Shown in pieces: positions 19,175 to 27,455 of a stretch of 47,115 bases of DNA. Position numbers and translations under genes: made by a program. Source of the DNA: Candidatus Methanophagales archaeon (GTDB lineage: Archaea > Halobacteriota > Syntropharchaeia > Alkanophagales > Methanospirareceae); NCBI GenBank assembly GCA_023131215.1, contig JAGLZV010000097.1, positions 1-47,115 on the forward strand, read 5' to 3'. Below the pieces are notes generated by a model. That model was not told the DNA's origin. It did no database searches and saw only the letters and a program-made list of their open reading frames with translations. The number at the start of each line of letters is the position of its first letter. The first letter of the stretch is position 1.

Positions 19175-19879
19175 TCATAAAATATCGAAATTCACACCTC
19201 TTTGTTTTAAGCTCACAAACTTGTTATTTCCAATAATCACGTGATCTAGTAGTTCGATCTCCATTATCTTCGATACATTAACCATCTGCTTAGTCATTTC
19301 AATGTCGTCTTCAGTAGGTTCTGGGTCCCCGGAAGGATGATTATGAGCTAATATGATCGCAACTGCCCTTTTCGAAATAGCGGGATAGAACACTTCCCTT
19401 GGGTGAACCAGATTAGTTGTCAATGTACCTACAGAAATAAGTTCATCATGAATTAGTCTATTGTTTACATCTAAGTAAAGTCCTCTAAAAAATTCCTTTT
19501 TTATTTTCCTCATATCTGATAAATATTCATAAGCATCTTTAGGCGTCTTAATATACACGTCATCTTTCGAATCTCCGAAAAATCTTCGCCCTAATTCTAA
19601 ACAAGAAATTAATTGACCTGCATGAACCTCTCCTAAATTAAATCTATTAATTACCTTTTCTACACGAGTCTGAGAAAGTATAGGTTGTTCGCCATATTCC
19701 GATATTATCCTTTTTGAAATTTCTAAAACGCCTTCCTTTTTTGTACCACGCCCAAAGATTATTGCTAATAGCTCCTGATTTGAAAGAACTTCTGGACCAT
19801 ATTTTTTCAATTTCTCCCGTGGTCTGTCCTCGGGGGGAATATCCATGACTTTTAATCCATATTGAATTTCTTTATTCAA
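19175..19879 (-). CDS. radC: RadC family JAB-domain protein
   Basis: DRPREKL...LSNQELLAI, VHPREVF, AHNHPSGDPEPTEDD, LLDHVII. Confidence 0.95.
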   Translation of the reverse strand: MNKEIQYGLKVMDIPPEDRPREKLKKYGPEVLSNQELLAIIFGRGTKKEGVLEISKRIISEYGEQPILSQTRVEKVINRFNLGEVHAGQLISCLELGRRFFGDSKDDVYIKTPKDAYEYLSDMRKIKKEFFRGLYLDVNNRLIHDELISVGTLTTNLVHPREVFYPAISKRAVAIILAHNHPSGDPEPTEDDIEMTKQMVNVSKIMEIELLDHVIIGNNKFVSLKQRGVNFDIL

Positions 19880-19906
19880 TTGCTAACCTCCTCAATATCT
19901 TTTAGT

Positions 19907-20013
19907 CTATCTACTATTTAAATATTTCCATCACCAATCTTAGACCGGCTAAGATTTCGCAAAAGATTTTAGTGTATTTGAAAAATGACTTTGGATTTGA
20001 AGATTTAAATCTA
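19907..20013. repeat. ~110 bp direct repeat, copy 1
   Basis: TACTATTTAAA...CCATCAC...CGGCTAAGATTTCGCAAAAGATTTT...TTTGAAGATTTAA, matching 20374-20489. Confidence 0.85.
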
Positions 20014-20036
20014 AATTCTCCTCCAATCCATTATTT

Positions 20037-20330
20037 TCATATATAAATTACCTCCTTAAGAATCCGTTCTTTTAATTCAGGGCGCACATCTTTTTTGGGC
20101 ACAACATCTACCTTAACATCGGTAATCTCTTTCAGGTAATTCTCAAGGCTGACCAGCTTGAGGAGACTGACAGGCTCTTCAAACTCTACAAGTATATCAA
20201 CATCGCTTTTTTCTTGCTGTTCACCCCTGATATAAGAGCCGAAAATTCCTATCTCTCTCACTTTATACTTCTGACTTAACTCCTCTTTATACTTTGCTAA
20301 AACATCCTTTATTTCCTCAAATGTTTTCAT
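20037..20330 (-). CDS. Minimal nucleotidyltransferase (MNT), no adjacent HEPN/DUF86 partner
   Basis: IGIFGSYIRGEQQEKSDVDILVEF; start refined to MKTFEE with GGTGA RBS (ORF track 20369). Confidence 0.9.
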   Translation of the reverse strand: MKTFEEIKDVLAKYKEELSQKYKVREIGIFGSYIRGEQQEKSDVDILVEFEEPVSLLKLVSLENYLKEITDVKVDVVPKKDVRPELKERILKEVIYI

Positions 20331-20373
20331 TCTTTCACCACTACTCAGTGGACTTTTAATCTTATTCATATCT

Positions 20374-20489
20374 CTATTACTATTTAAACATTCCCATCAC
20401 AATTTTAAATCGGCTAAGATTTCGCAAAAGATTTTCGTGGATTTGAAATTTCGAAATGATTTTGAATTTGAAGATTTAATTTAAATCTA
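20374..20489. repeat. ~110 bp direct repeat, copy 2
   Basis: Matches 19907-20013, including the exact 25-mer CGGCTAAGATTTCGCAAAAGATTTT. Confidence 0.85.
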
Positions 20490-20526
20490 CTCGAGGTAAA
20501 ACATTACTTTATAGAAGGTAATTCTC

Positions 20527-21738
20527 ATGGAGATGGACCTCATATTAGCAATAGGATTAATGGTAGTTATCGGTTTTTTTGGTGGATGCGTAGCCAGAAA
20601 GCTGAAGTTTCCGCGAATCACCGGTTATATTCTCATTGGTGTTTTGTTGAGTCCTTCTGTTCTAAACATAATATCAAAGGGAACAGTAGAAAACTTAGAT
20701 ATAATCACTGATATTGCTCTGGGCATTATAGCATATTTAATAGGCGGTAGTCTTCATATAGAATCGTTACGAAAATTAGAGAAAAGCATTGCATGGATAA
20801 CACCTTTTCAAAGTTTGGGTGCATGGTTTATTGTTACAGTCTCAATAGCCTTCTTATGTCCTTTTATCTTAACTATTCCTGAAGCAACTTTCTATCAGAC
20901 TTATTTTCCTATCGCTTTCGTTATAGGTGCGGTATCCTGTGCAACTGCTCCCGCTGCAACTATGGCAATCATCCATGAATATAAAGCGAAAGGCCCATTG
21001 ACGACAACTTTATTGGCTGTCGTTGCACTCGATGATGCAATTGCAATCGGCGCATTTTCCATCGCTTTAGGTATATCCAAACCTTTAGTAAGCGGAATTG
21101 GAAGTGTATCCTTAATTCAAATGCTTGGTATTCCTTTTTTACAAATAGCTGAATCCATCGCAATAGGAATCGTCTTTGCTTTTGCTTTAGTTTATGTATC
21201 AAGGCTTGTAAGAATTCGCGAATTGCTATTAGTAATAATTTTTGGGATGATAATGCTGTGTATTGGAGTTACAAATCTCTTAGGAATATCGGCGATTTTA
21301 GCAAATATGGTCATTGGCTTTATTGTAGTGAACAAAGCAAAAAGGAAAGAAATGTTTCTTGTAGTTGAAGAAATCGAAGATGTAATCTTTGCAATGTTTT
21401 TTGTTCTGGCAGGATTGCATTTCGATTTAAGTGTCATGAAATCTGCTTTTCTATTAGCTTTGTTAATTGTTTTAACCCGGTGCTTCGGCAAATACGCAGG
21501 AACAAGAGCAGGTGCTACAATTTCTCATGCACCAGATACCGTAAAGAATTATCTGGGTCTTGCCTTGTTACCAAAAGCTGGAGTTACAGTGGGTCTAATT
21601 CTTTTAGCAGAGCGTACATTTCCTGCTTTTGGTGCTCTACTGGTGAATGCAGTGATTGCTTCTGTTATCATAAATGAACTTATTGCCCCTCCTTTAGCTA
21701 AATATGCTATTTTCAAGGCTAAAGAATCCGGTACTTAA
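20527..21738 (+). CDS. Cation:proton antiporter (Na+/H+ exchanger family)
   Basis: About 12 TM helices, P.ITGYILIG, ATAPAAT, VALDDA, FFVLAG. Confidence 0.9.
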   Translation: MEMDLILAIGLMVVIGFFGGCVARKLKFPRITGYILIGVLLSPSVLNIISKGTVENLDIITDIALGIIAYLIGGSLHIESLRKLEKSIAWITPFQSLGAWFIVTVSIAFLCPFILTIPEATFYQTYFPIAFVIGAVSCATAPAATMAIIHEYKAKGPLTTTLLAVVALDDAIAIGAFSIALGISKPLVSGIGSVSLIQMLGIPFLQIAESIAIGIVFAFALVYVSRLVRIRELLLVIIFGMIMLCIGVTNLLGISAILANMVIGFIVVNKAKRKEMFLVVEEIEDVIFAMFFVLAGLHFDLSVMKSAFLLALLIVLTRCFGKYAGTRAGATISHAPDTVKNYLGLALLPKAGVTVGLILLAERTFPAFGALLVNAVIASVIINELIAPPLAKYAIFKAKESGT

Positions 21739-21762
21739 AATTAACTTGACATTGTCAGATTA

Positions 21763-21873
21763 ACCGCAGAGTTCACGGAGAACGCAGAGGATGTAGGTTT
21801 AGAGCGGTTACTAATACCTGACAACTAACCCCTAACACCTTATTTTCTCTGTGAACTCAGCGTTCTCTGCGGT
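21763..21873. repeat. Inverted repeat of 9-mer units (REP/MITE-like)
   Basis: ACCGCAGAG TTCACGGAG AACGCAGAG ... CTCTGTGAA CTCAGCGTT CTCTGCGGT. Confidence 0.75.
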
Positions 21874-21916
21874 AAACTTTAAATGTGACAAAATCAAATT
21901 AAAATTAGAGGATAAT

Positions 21917-22396
21917 ATGGAAGAAACGAAGAAAAACGAAGAACTGTTACAGAAGTTTTATGAGACCGCAGCAGAGGATATAATGGACAAAAGGGTCAGG
22001 GATATTCCAATAATTGATAAAGATGCTGATCTAATAGATGTTTTATCAATACTAAATGTAAGCGACCACGTTTGGGTTGTTGAAAGCAAAGGAAGCAAAA
22101 AATTGGTGGGAATAATAACTGAATACGATGTTCTTCACATCCTTTCACCGAGAAAAAGGATACCTTCTGTGGGTGCCCCGGATAAAAGGTCTTTACCATA
22201 TAGCTCTTTCGAAGAGGCATCTCATCTAATGTCACGAGACCCAATAAAATGCGAGTCAAACGAAAAGGTTGAAAATATTTTAGATGAGATGATAACCCGT
22301 AGGATAAGAAGAATGCCGGTAGTGGAAAACGGAGATATAATAGGTGAAATAACGCTTCACCATTTGATAAGGAAATTGTATGCTCTTATATTATAA
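21917..22396 (+). CDS. CBS domain pair protein
   Basis: HVWVV...LVGIITEYDVL and RRMPVV...IIGEIT; start refined to MEETKK after GAGG. Confidence 0.9.
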   Translation: MEETKKNEELLQKFYETAAEDIMDKRVRDIPIIDKDADLIDVLSILNVSDHVWVVESKGSKKLVGIITEYDVLHILSPRKRIPSVGAPDKRSLPYSSFEEASHLMSRDPIKCESNEKVENILDEMITRRIRRMPVVENGDIIGEITLHHLIRKLYALIL

Positions 22397-22399
22397 AAT

Positions 22400-22639
22400 A
22401 TGAAAGTCAGGGAAATATTGAATAAAATCAAGTGGGATGAAAGGATGGACTTTGACCAATTAGAAGTAGTTTATCTGCATCGAGGCGCTCCAGATGATTT
22501 GAAAAAGATTTCTGGGCGAGAAATCGTGCATATAGGAAAATCTTTTCTCAGCCTGAAAGCAGAAGGAGCAGAAATTCCTCACCACCGCATCGTCAAGATT
22601 TTATATGAAGGGGAAGTATTATTTGAAAGGAAAAAATGA
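22400..22639 (+). CDS. DUF504/MJ1316-like RNA-repair domain protein
   Basis: REILNKIKWD...YLHRGAP...IPHHRI. Confidence 0.85.
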   Translation: MKVREILNKIKWDERMDFDQLEVVYLHRGAPDDLKKISGREIVHIGKSFLSLKAEGAEIPHHRIVKILYEGEVLFERKK

Positions 22640-22655
22640 CGGAAGCTTGCATTTC

Positions 22656-22721
22656 GTCTAAGGTTCCAGCATATACGAAGTTTCGGCGAAGCCGAAACTT
22701 CGTATATGCTGTGTTATACGC
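22656..22721 (-). other. attC-like recombination site closing the herA-nurA-MTase cassette
   Basis: Minus strand GCGTATAAC, perfect 20-bp stem CAGCATATACGAAGTTTCGG/CCGAAACTTCGTATATGCTG, then GAAC-CTTAGAC (G of GTT altered). Confidence 0.75.
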
Positions 22722-22802
22722 TCCGAGCGTAGCGACGAAGTGTCAGACTTCGGGCTACTATTATTGGATGTCATAACTCCATCCAGAAAATAGAATTGTG
22801 CT

Positions 22803-23900
22803 CTATTGTGCAATTATTAACACCTCGTATAATTTATTACCATTCTTACCAGAGTGATTTAGTTTATATGTATACGCTTTCTTTTTAATTTTTACCTTAT
22901 TTTTATATGAATACAAAAGCTCTTTAATAGTTTCTATGGGGGGGTATCCCGGAACGCCATATGAGAGCACGATTATTGAATCTTGAAAGTTGTTAAAGAT
23001 ATTATCAAAATTGGTTACAACAGAATCTTTGTCCCAAAATTGTTTGTTTTTAATTAAAGGTTTATTCTTTTTGGTATAATTTATTTTCTCACCCCAACAA
23101 TAATAATCCATTATTCCTTCAAGAAAATGATACAAATCATAGTAATCTACTGGCGTATGTTGCTTTGACCTGATATAAGGCGGGTCTAAGTACACAAGAT
23201 CGTACCTCCCCCCATTTATTTCTAATATATTCTTACATTTAGCTACGTTACGATGCTTGTTTGAAAATATTTTATTCGAAATCTCATTGGTAAATTTTAT
23301 GAACAATTTATCAAATGGTGTATCCCAAGTCTTTTTATTACCAAAACTTCGTTTAACGTCTGCCAAACGCATATAAAGATTTTTTCTATGAAAAAGATTG
23401 TAGGGTCTCTTGACTAAACACGCTTGGAAAAGAATGTGAAAAGCTATTGCTTGTTTTTTTCTGAGCAAATTCCCATCATATTTTTCAGATAGCATATATA
23501 TATTGTGAATAACTGTATCTAACCATTTATTCTCTTCATCCAAATAATATATCTCCCCAAAGTTTTCCTGGATAAAGGTGTGGTAATCAAAACCGTTTTC
23601 ATGCAGTAAATATTTTATGTCATTTCTATTTAAATTGACCCTATCGTTTTCAATTAGTGCTATACCTGCTTGATAATTTGACAAAAGGACATCGTTAAAA
23701 GTGACTTTTTTCCCCATCCTCTTAAAAAGATAACTAACACTTCCAGTTCCTCCAAAACCGTCTAATACCGTGTCGAAGTCTAACTTTCTAAGGTTTTCAT
23801 ATATCCAAGGAGATATCTGTCTTTTGCTCCCTTGGTATCTGGTTGATGGTAACATTGATCTTATTTTCTCTTCCGAGATTTCTAGACCCATTTGTATCAC
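22803..23900 (-). CDS. N6-adenine DNA methyltransferase (D12/Dam/FokI-like)
   Basis: TRYQGSKR, DGFGGTGSVS, YLDPPY. Confidence 0.9.
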   Translation of the reverse strand: MIQMGLEISEEKIRSMLPSTRYQGSKRQISPWIYENLRKLDFDTVLDGFGGTGSVSYLFKRMGKKVTFNDVLLSNYQAGIALIENDRVNLNRNDIKYLLHENGFDYHTFIQENFGEIYYLDEENKWLDTVIHNIYMLSEKYDGNLLRKKQAIAFHILFQACLVKRPYNLFHRKNLYMRLADVKRSFGNKKTWDTPFDKLFIKFTNEISNKIFSNKHRNVAKCKNILEINGGRYDLVYLDPPYIRSKQHTPVDYYDLYHFLEGIMDYYCWGEKINYTKKNKPLIKNKQFWDKDSVVTNFDNIFNNFQDSIIVLSYGVPGYPPIETIKELLYSYKNKVKIKKKAYTYKLNHSGKNGNKLYEVLIIAQ

Positions 23901-23912
23901 TTATTATGTGAA

Positions 23913-25517
23913 CTACCCACCAGTCTTTAGATAGTGATTTTTAAGGCTGATAAATTCGGCATATACCTTCGATGCCCAATCATTGGATAATTCTTCTCCC
24001 ATTTTTTTGCTAAGCTCATGAGATATTAAAGTGGGTGTTGGTAGCAGAGTGCATATCGGCTCCTCTAAACCCCATAAGTGCTCTTCATCAACATCAAATG
24101 ACGCCAATCTTAATGCTGAGAGAATCTTTATGATATCTTGCTTTACGTTCTCTCCGCTATCATAATAAACAAATTCATATCTCGGGAAATAGAACTCGGA
24201 TGTGCTTGAATGACCTGCGAAAAACATAGCAACTTTGTACTTCAATGCCTCATCTACTATATTTATCGCAGTTAAATTACGACTATGGTAGATATTTTTC
24301 AATGAATTTAAGTCATTAACAACTTGTTTATCTGTTCTTCGGTTAAGATTGGAGGTTGTGTAAAAATCCCTTACTATTGGACAGGTTACGTAAATTTCGT
24401 TAAACGTGGATGCATTAAAATTATCAATATAGAGCATTCTGCGCATAACCTCACTATCAGTTAAAATATGACCTGTTATATTCCAATTTTCATCGCCCAT
24501 TTTTTGTTTTATATACCAATCAACTATTATGCTGTATACCTTAAGATTAGGGTGCTTTGCCATACCGCAAAATGTAATATCCAGCTCCCTTGCTTTTCTA
24601 AGAGTCTTTGTCATTCGATATATTGCCTCCCTCGTTAGCTCTCCATGCCTATTTTGCAGTTTACAATTCATAGCATGATCTTGAGGAAATATTCGCCCAT
24701 CTCGAAAATGGATATCTGGTTTGAGTTTCATCCCTCCATAGGGAAGAATATACGTTTCTTCGACATAGAACTGACTTACATCCATAGCAGATTTTGTAGC
24801 CCACTCATAATCATTTTCATTTAATTCCGTGTAATCCTTAAATCCGACTATGACCCAATCTTCAAAATCTTGCGTATTTTTTGGCACAACTACATAATTC
24901 CAGTCTGATTTATCCGATCCTCTTGTTTTTATAACTCCAGCAGCATTATTTACGACTACTGGTGATGAGAAATTGGGATTGAAAGGCGTAGCCAATTTAA
25001 ATCTGTGTTGACTTGCATCACATGCACTCATCCGTAAGGGGAATTCTTCACCCCATAATTCAATATCGAAGGGAACAGAAATTTTTTCGATGAAATATTC
25101 TCCCAAAACGTTTTCATCGACATGTTCTTTTATCCTATCCCAATGTGGCTCACCGCTGAACATGTCTTTAGAACTTACACCTCGGAATGCCAGATCATCA
25201 ATTTTAATGCCCAACCCTTGAAGAGCTAAATCACTAAGTTGACTCGCCCAAATATATTTTCTTGATCTCTTCTCTTCTTGTATTAATTTAACAAGGTCTT
25301 TTATACATTCAAAGTACAACTTCTTAGGATCTTCTTTCATCAAATTTTCCCTAGCTTCTAATACAACATCTTTTCTTTCCTCAAAATAGCTTGCACTTAC
25401 TAATATCTCAGCTGTTGACCTAATAGATGGCTCCATCCTCCTCTCTGCTTGTGCTCTGGATAAAATCTCCTCAAAAATTACCTTATATCCTTCTTCGTCT
25501 CTTTCCATTTTACACAC
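23913..25517 (-). CDS. nurA: Divergent NurA-family nuclease with N-terminal extension
   Basis: ACDASQ (DGS-like), FRDGRI, GMAK and PTPTLISHELSK match NurA motif order; coupled to herA. Confidence 0.7.
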   Translation of the reverse strand: MCKMERDEEGYKVIFEEILSRAQAERRMEPSIRSTAEILVSASYFEERKDVVLEARENLMKEDPKKLYFECIKDLVKLIQEEKRSRKYIWASQLSDLALQGLGIKIDDLAFRGVSSKDMFSGEPHWDRIKEHVDENVLGEYFIEKISVPFDIELWGEEFPLRMSACDASQHRFKLATPFNPNFSSPVVVNNAAGVIKTRGSDKSDWNYVVVPKNTQDFEDWVIVGFKDYTELNENDYEWATKSAMDVSQFYVEETYILPYGGMKLKPDIHFRDGRIFPQDHAMNCKLQNRHGELTREAIYRMTKTLRKARELDITFCGMAKHPNLKVYSIIVDWYIKQKMGDENWNITGHILTDSEVMRRMLYIDNFNASTFNEIYVTCPIVRDFYTTSNLNRRTDKQVVNDLNSLKNIYHSRNLTAINIVDEALKYKVAMFFAGHSSTSEFYFPRYEFVYYDSGENVKQDIIKILSALRLASFDVDEEHLWGLEEPICTLLPTPTLISHELSKKMGEELSNDWASKVYAEFISLKNHYLKTGG

Positions 25518-27045
25518 CCACCTCTGAGAATATGTCAGGGGCTTTACCAGCGTCCGCTTCAGGATGCTCCATCCGCCTGATTTTTACAGGAATTGCATGT
25601 TTAATGGTGTCATAAGTTCCTGTAAGAATACAAGTTCCTACTGGAGCTTTGGGCAATCTACCGATCATCTCCTGTGTCGCATCTGCCTTAACACCCTGAA
25701 TTGATTGTAATTGATCAGGTTCGATAGCGAACAGAAGTCTTGTGTTGCACTGTCTGATCGCTTTTTTGTCGATGTCCATGGGGCTTTGAGTGATAAGGAC
25801 AACACAAATTCCGTGATGCCGCCCGATTCTAACTGATTCTCGGATAATTTGCTTACACGGACTGCTTTCATCTTGGGGGACAAATAGATGAGCTTCATCG
25901 ATAAAAATAACATAGGGCTTTATTTCACCTCTTTTTCGCAGTTCGTTCAATTCTCTCAACGTCGATGCTAGGATAAATTGTAGACTTTGCCTACCAAAAC
26001 CTTTGCAGTTTATATCTACAACATAGTTAGGCTTTAAAACGTCCTGCCAATTAAATTCTTGCCCTAAAAAATCATAACGACTCAGGTAATACCGAGTTCT
26101 ACCTACGACCATATCCACTGTATTGGGTTTAGCCGCCATATCCGGACCAATTCGTTCTATAGTCTCTATCAAATCGTTGAGATCAAAATCGCCTTTATTT
26201 GTGGTGGAAATAGTTGTTTGAGGTATTCCCGTAGGTCCTCCTTCTTTCAGTGTTAGAAATGCTTTTGTCAAGAGACTAACGTGTAATTCATGAGTTATGG
26301 CAGGTATTAAATCCAGTAGTTCAGTTTCTGTTAAAGATGAGAGTTTTATCCAATAGTCTCTTCCAGGCACCAATACAGTACCATCCAATGCTTCAGTTAA
26401 AGGAGCAAATTCGTATTGGGTATCAAAAAATATGATTGGGATTTTTTGCTTGTGAATTTCTTCTGCAAGCACTTTTGCAGCATACGATTTTCCTCCACCT
26501 GTTGTACCACCAATAAATACATGTCTTTGGATAATCTCTCTTTTTATTGCTACAGGTATTTTCTCTTCCTCTGCTATCGAAACAGCAAGCGTGCCGATAT
26601 TTAAACTTTTTTCAAGGTCAACTTCCAGACCCATTACATCTGTAATCACTTTCTGTGGGGGCACAAAGACTTCAGAGCCAGATCTGGGCATTTTTTCTGG
26701 AGGGTATATTTCATATACCCCGTTCAGTTCTTTGACTTCATCTATAATTTCTGCTTGATATCGCCTATGAATAGTTAAAGATAAATCTTCTCCGGGATAG
26801 TCTGGTTTGATTCCCATTGTATCTCTTACAGTAACGCGATCAGACGATTCATGGGGATTATATTCATGTGAAGAAGTGATCCGGCCCACAAGGAATGTAT
26901 TATCAGAAACAGATACTGCGACAAGCGTTCCAGGTGTAACATATTTGCCATGCTTTGCTTTGAATCTAAGAATTTCAAAACTGGGTGAAACATCGTCGGA
27001 TACTACTGTACCGATAATATTTTCAGTTTTACTCCCTTCACGCAT
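25510..27045 (-). CDS. herA: HerA/FtsK-family ATPase (HAS barrel + DUF87-like)
   Basis: IIGTVV N-terminus, HVFIGGTTGGGKS, IFIDEAH, RIGRHHG, ITQSP. Confidence 0.9.
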   Translation of the reverse strand: MREGSKTENIIGTVVSDDVSPSFEILRFKAKHGKYVTPGTLVAVSVSDNTFLVGRITSSHEYNPHESSDRVTVRDTMGIKPDYPGEDLSLTIHRRYQAEIIDEVKELNGVYEIYPPEKMPRSGSEVFVPPQKVITDVMGLEVDLEKSLNIGTLAVSIAEEEKIPVAIKREIIQRHVFIGGTTGGGKSYAAKVLAEEIHKQKIPIIFFDTQYEFAPLTEALDGTVLVPGRDYWIKLSSLTETELLDLIPAITHELHVSLLTKAFLTLKEGGPTGIPQTTISTTNKGDFDLNDLIETIERIGPDMAAKPNTVDMVVGRTRYYLSRYDFLGQEFNWQDVLKPNYVVDINCKGFGRQSLQFILASTLRELNELRKRGEIKPYVIFIDEAHLFVPQDESSPCKQIIRESVRIGRHHGICVVLITQSPMDIDKKAIRQCNTRLLFAIEPDQLQSIQGVKADATQEMIGRLPKAPVGTCILTGTYDTIKHAIPVKIRRMEHPEADAGKAPDIFSEVGV

Positions 27046-27144
27046 TTTGTCAATAGATTGTTCTACCGTTTATCATCACCCCTTTTGATTGTATCTGTTA
27101 GTTCCAATTACCATATTAAATTTTGCATTGCCCGAAGTCCGATT

Positions 27145-27183
27145 GCGTATAACGTAGCATATCCGAGCATGGTTCGTATATAC
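27145..27183 (-). other. attI-like site, copy A
   Basis: Minus strand GTATATACGAACCATGCTCGGATATGCTAC-GTTATACGC, closely similar to 30067-30106. Confidence 0.65.
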
Positions 27184-27455
27184 CACCCTTTAACTGAACC
27201 TTCTCAATCATTTTTCTCCTCCTGACTTTTAAGTAGAGGAGAGTATATAAATAACTTGCGTAAACTGCGTCGAGAAATGATGTGTTATATTACGTCACAA
27301 AGACTTTTCACTTCAATCAATGCATTAAATCTCTCCCAACAACAAAACAACGAGTAGATCATCTTATATAAGGTTTGTCGAACCGTTTATCAAAAGCGTT
27401 GTTTTTCTTTAACTGTGGATTCCAGTATAAATTATGTCCAAATAATTTAACTTTT

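Noticed and set aside
21851..21916. N-terminal extension of the CBS protein in the ORF track (likewise 46722-46742, 5255-5353 and 29140-29172)
   Set aside because: These extensions run through repeats, a terminator or pseudogene sequence; downstream ATGs are better starts
22667..22711. Perfect 20-bp hairpin as a simple terminator between convergent genes
   Set aside because: It is flanked by GTATAAC/TTAGAC core-like boxes and has a homologue at 28281 between co-directional genes, so attC fits better; a secondary terminator role is possible
23913..27045. herA-nurA as the housekeeping DNA end-resection locus
   Set aside because: No mre11/rad50, divergent enlarged NurA, coupling to a methyltransferase and cassette-like boundaries; not fully excluded without the rest of the genome
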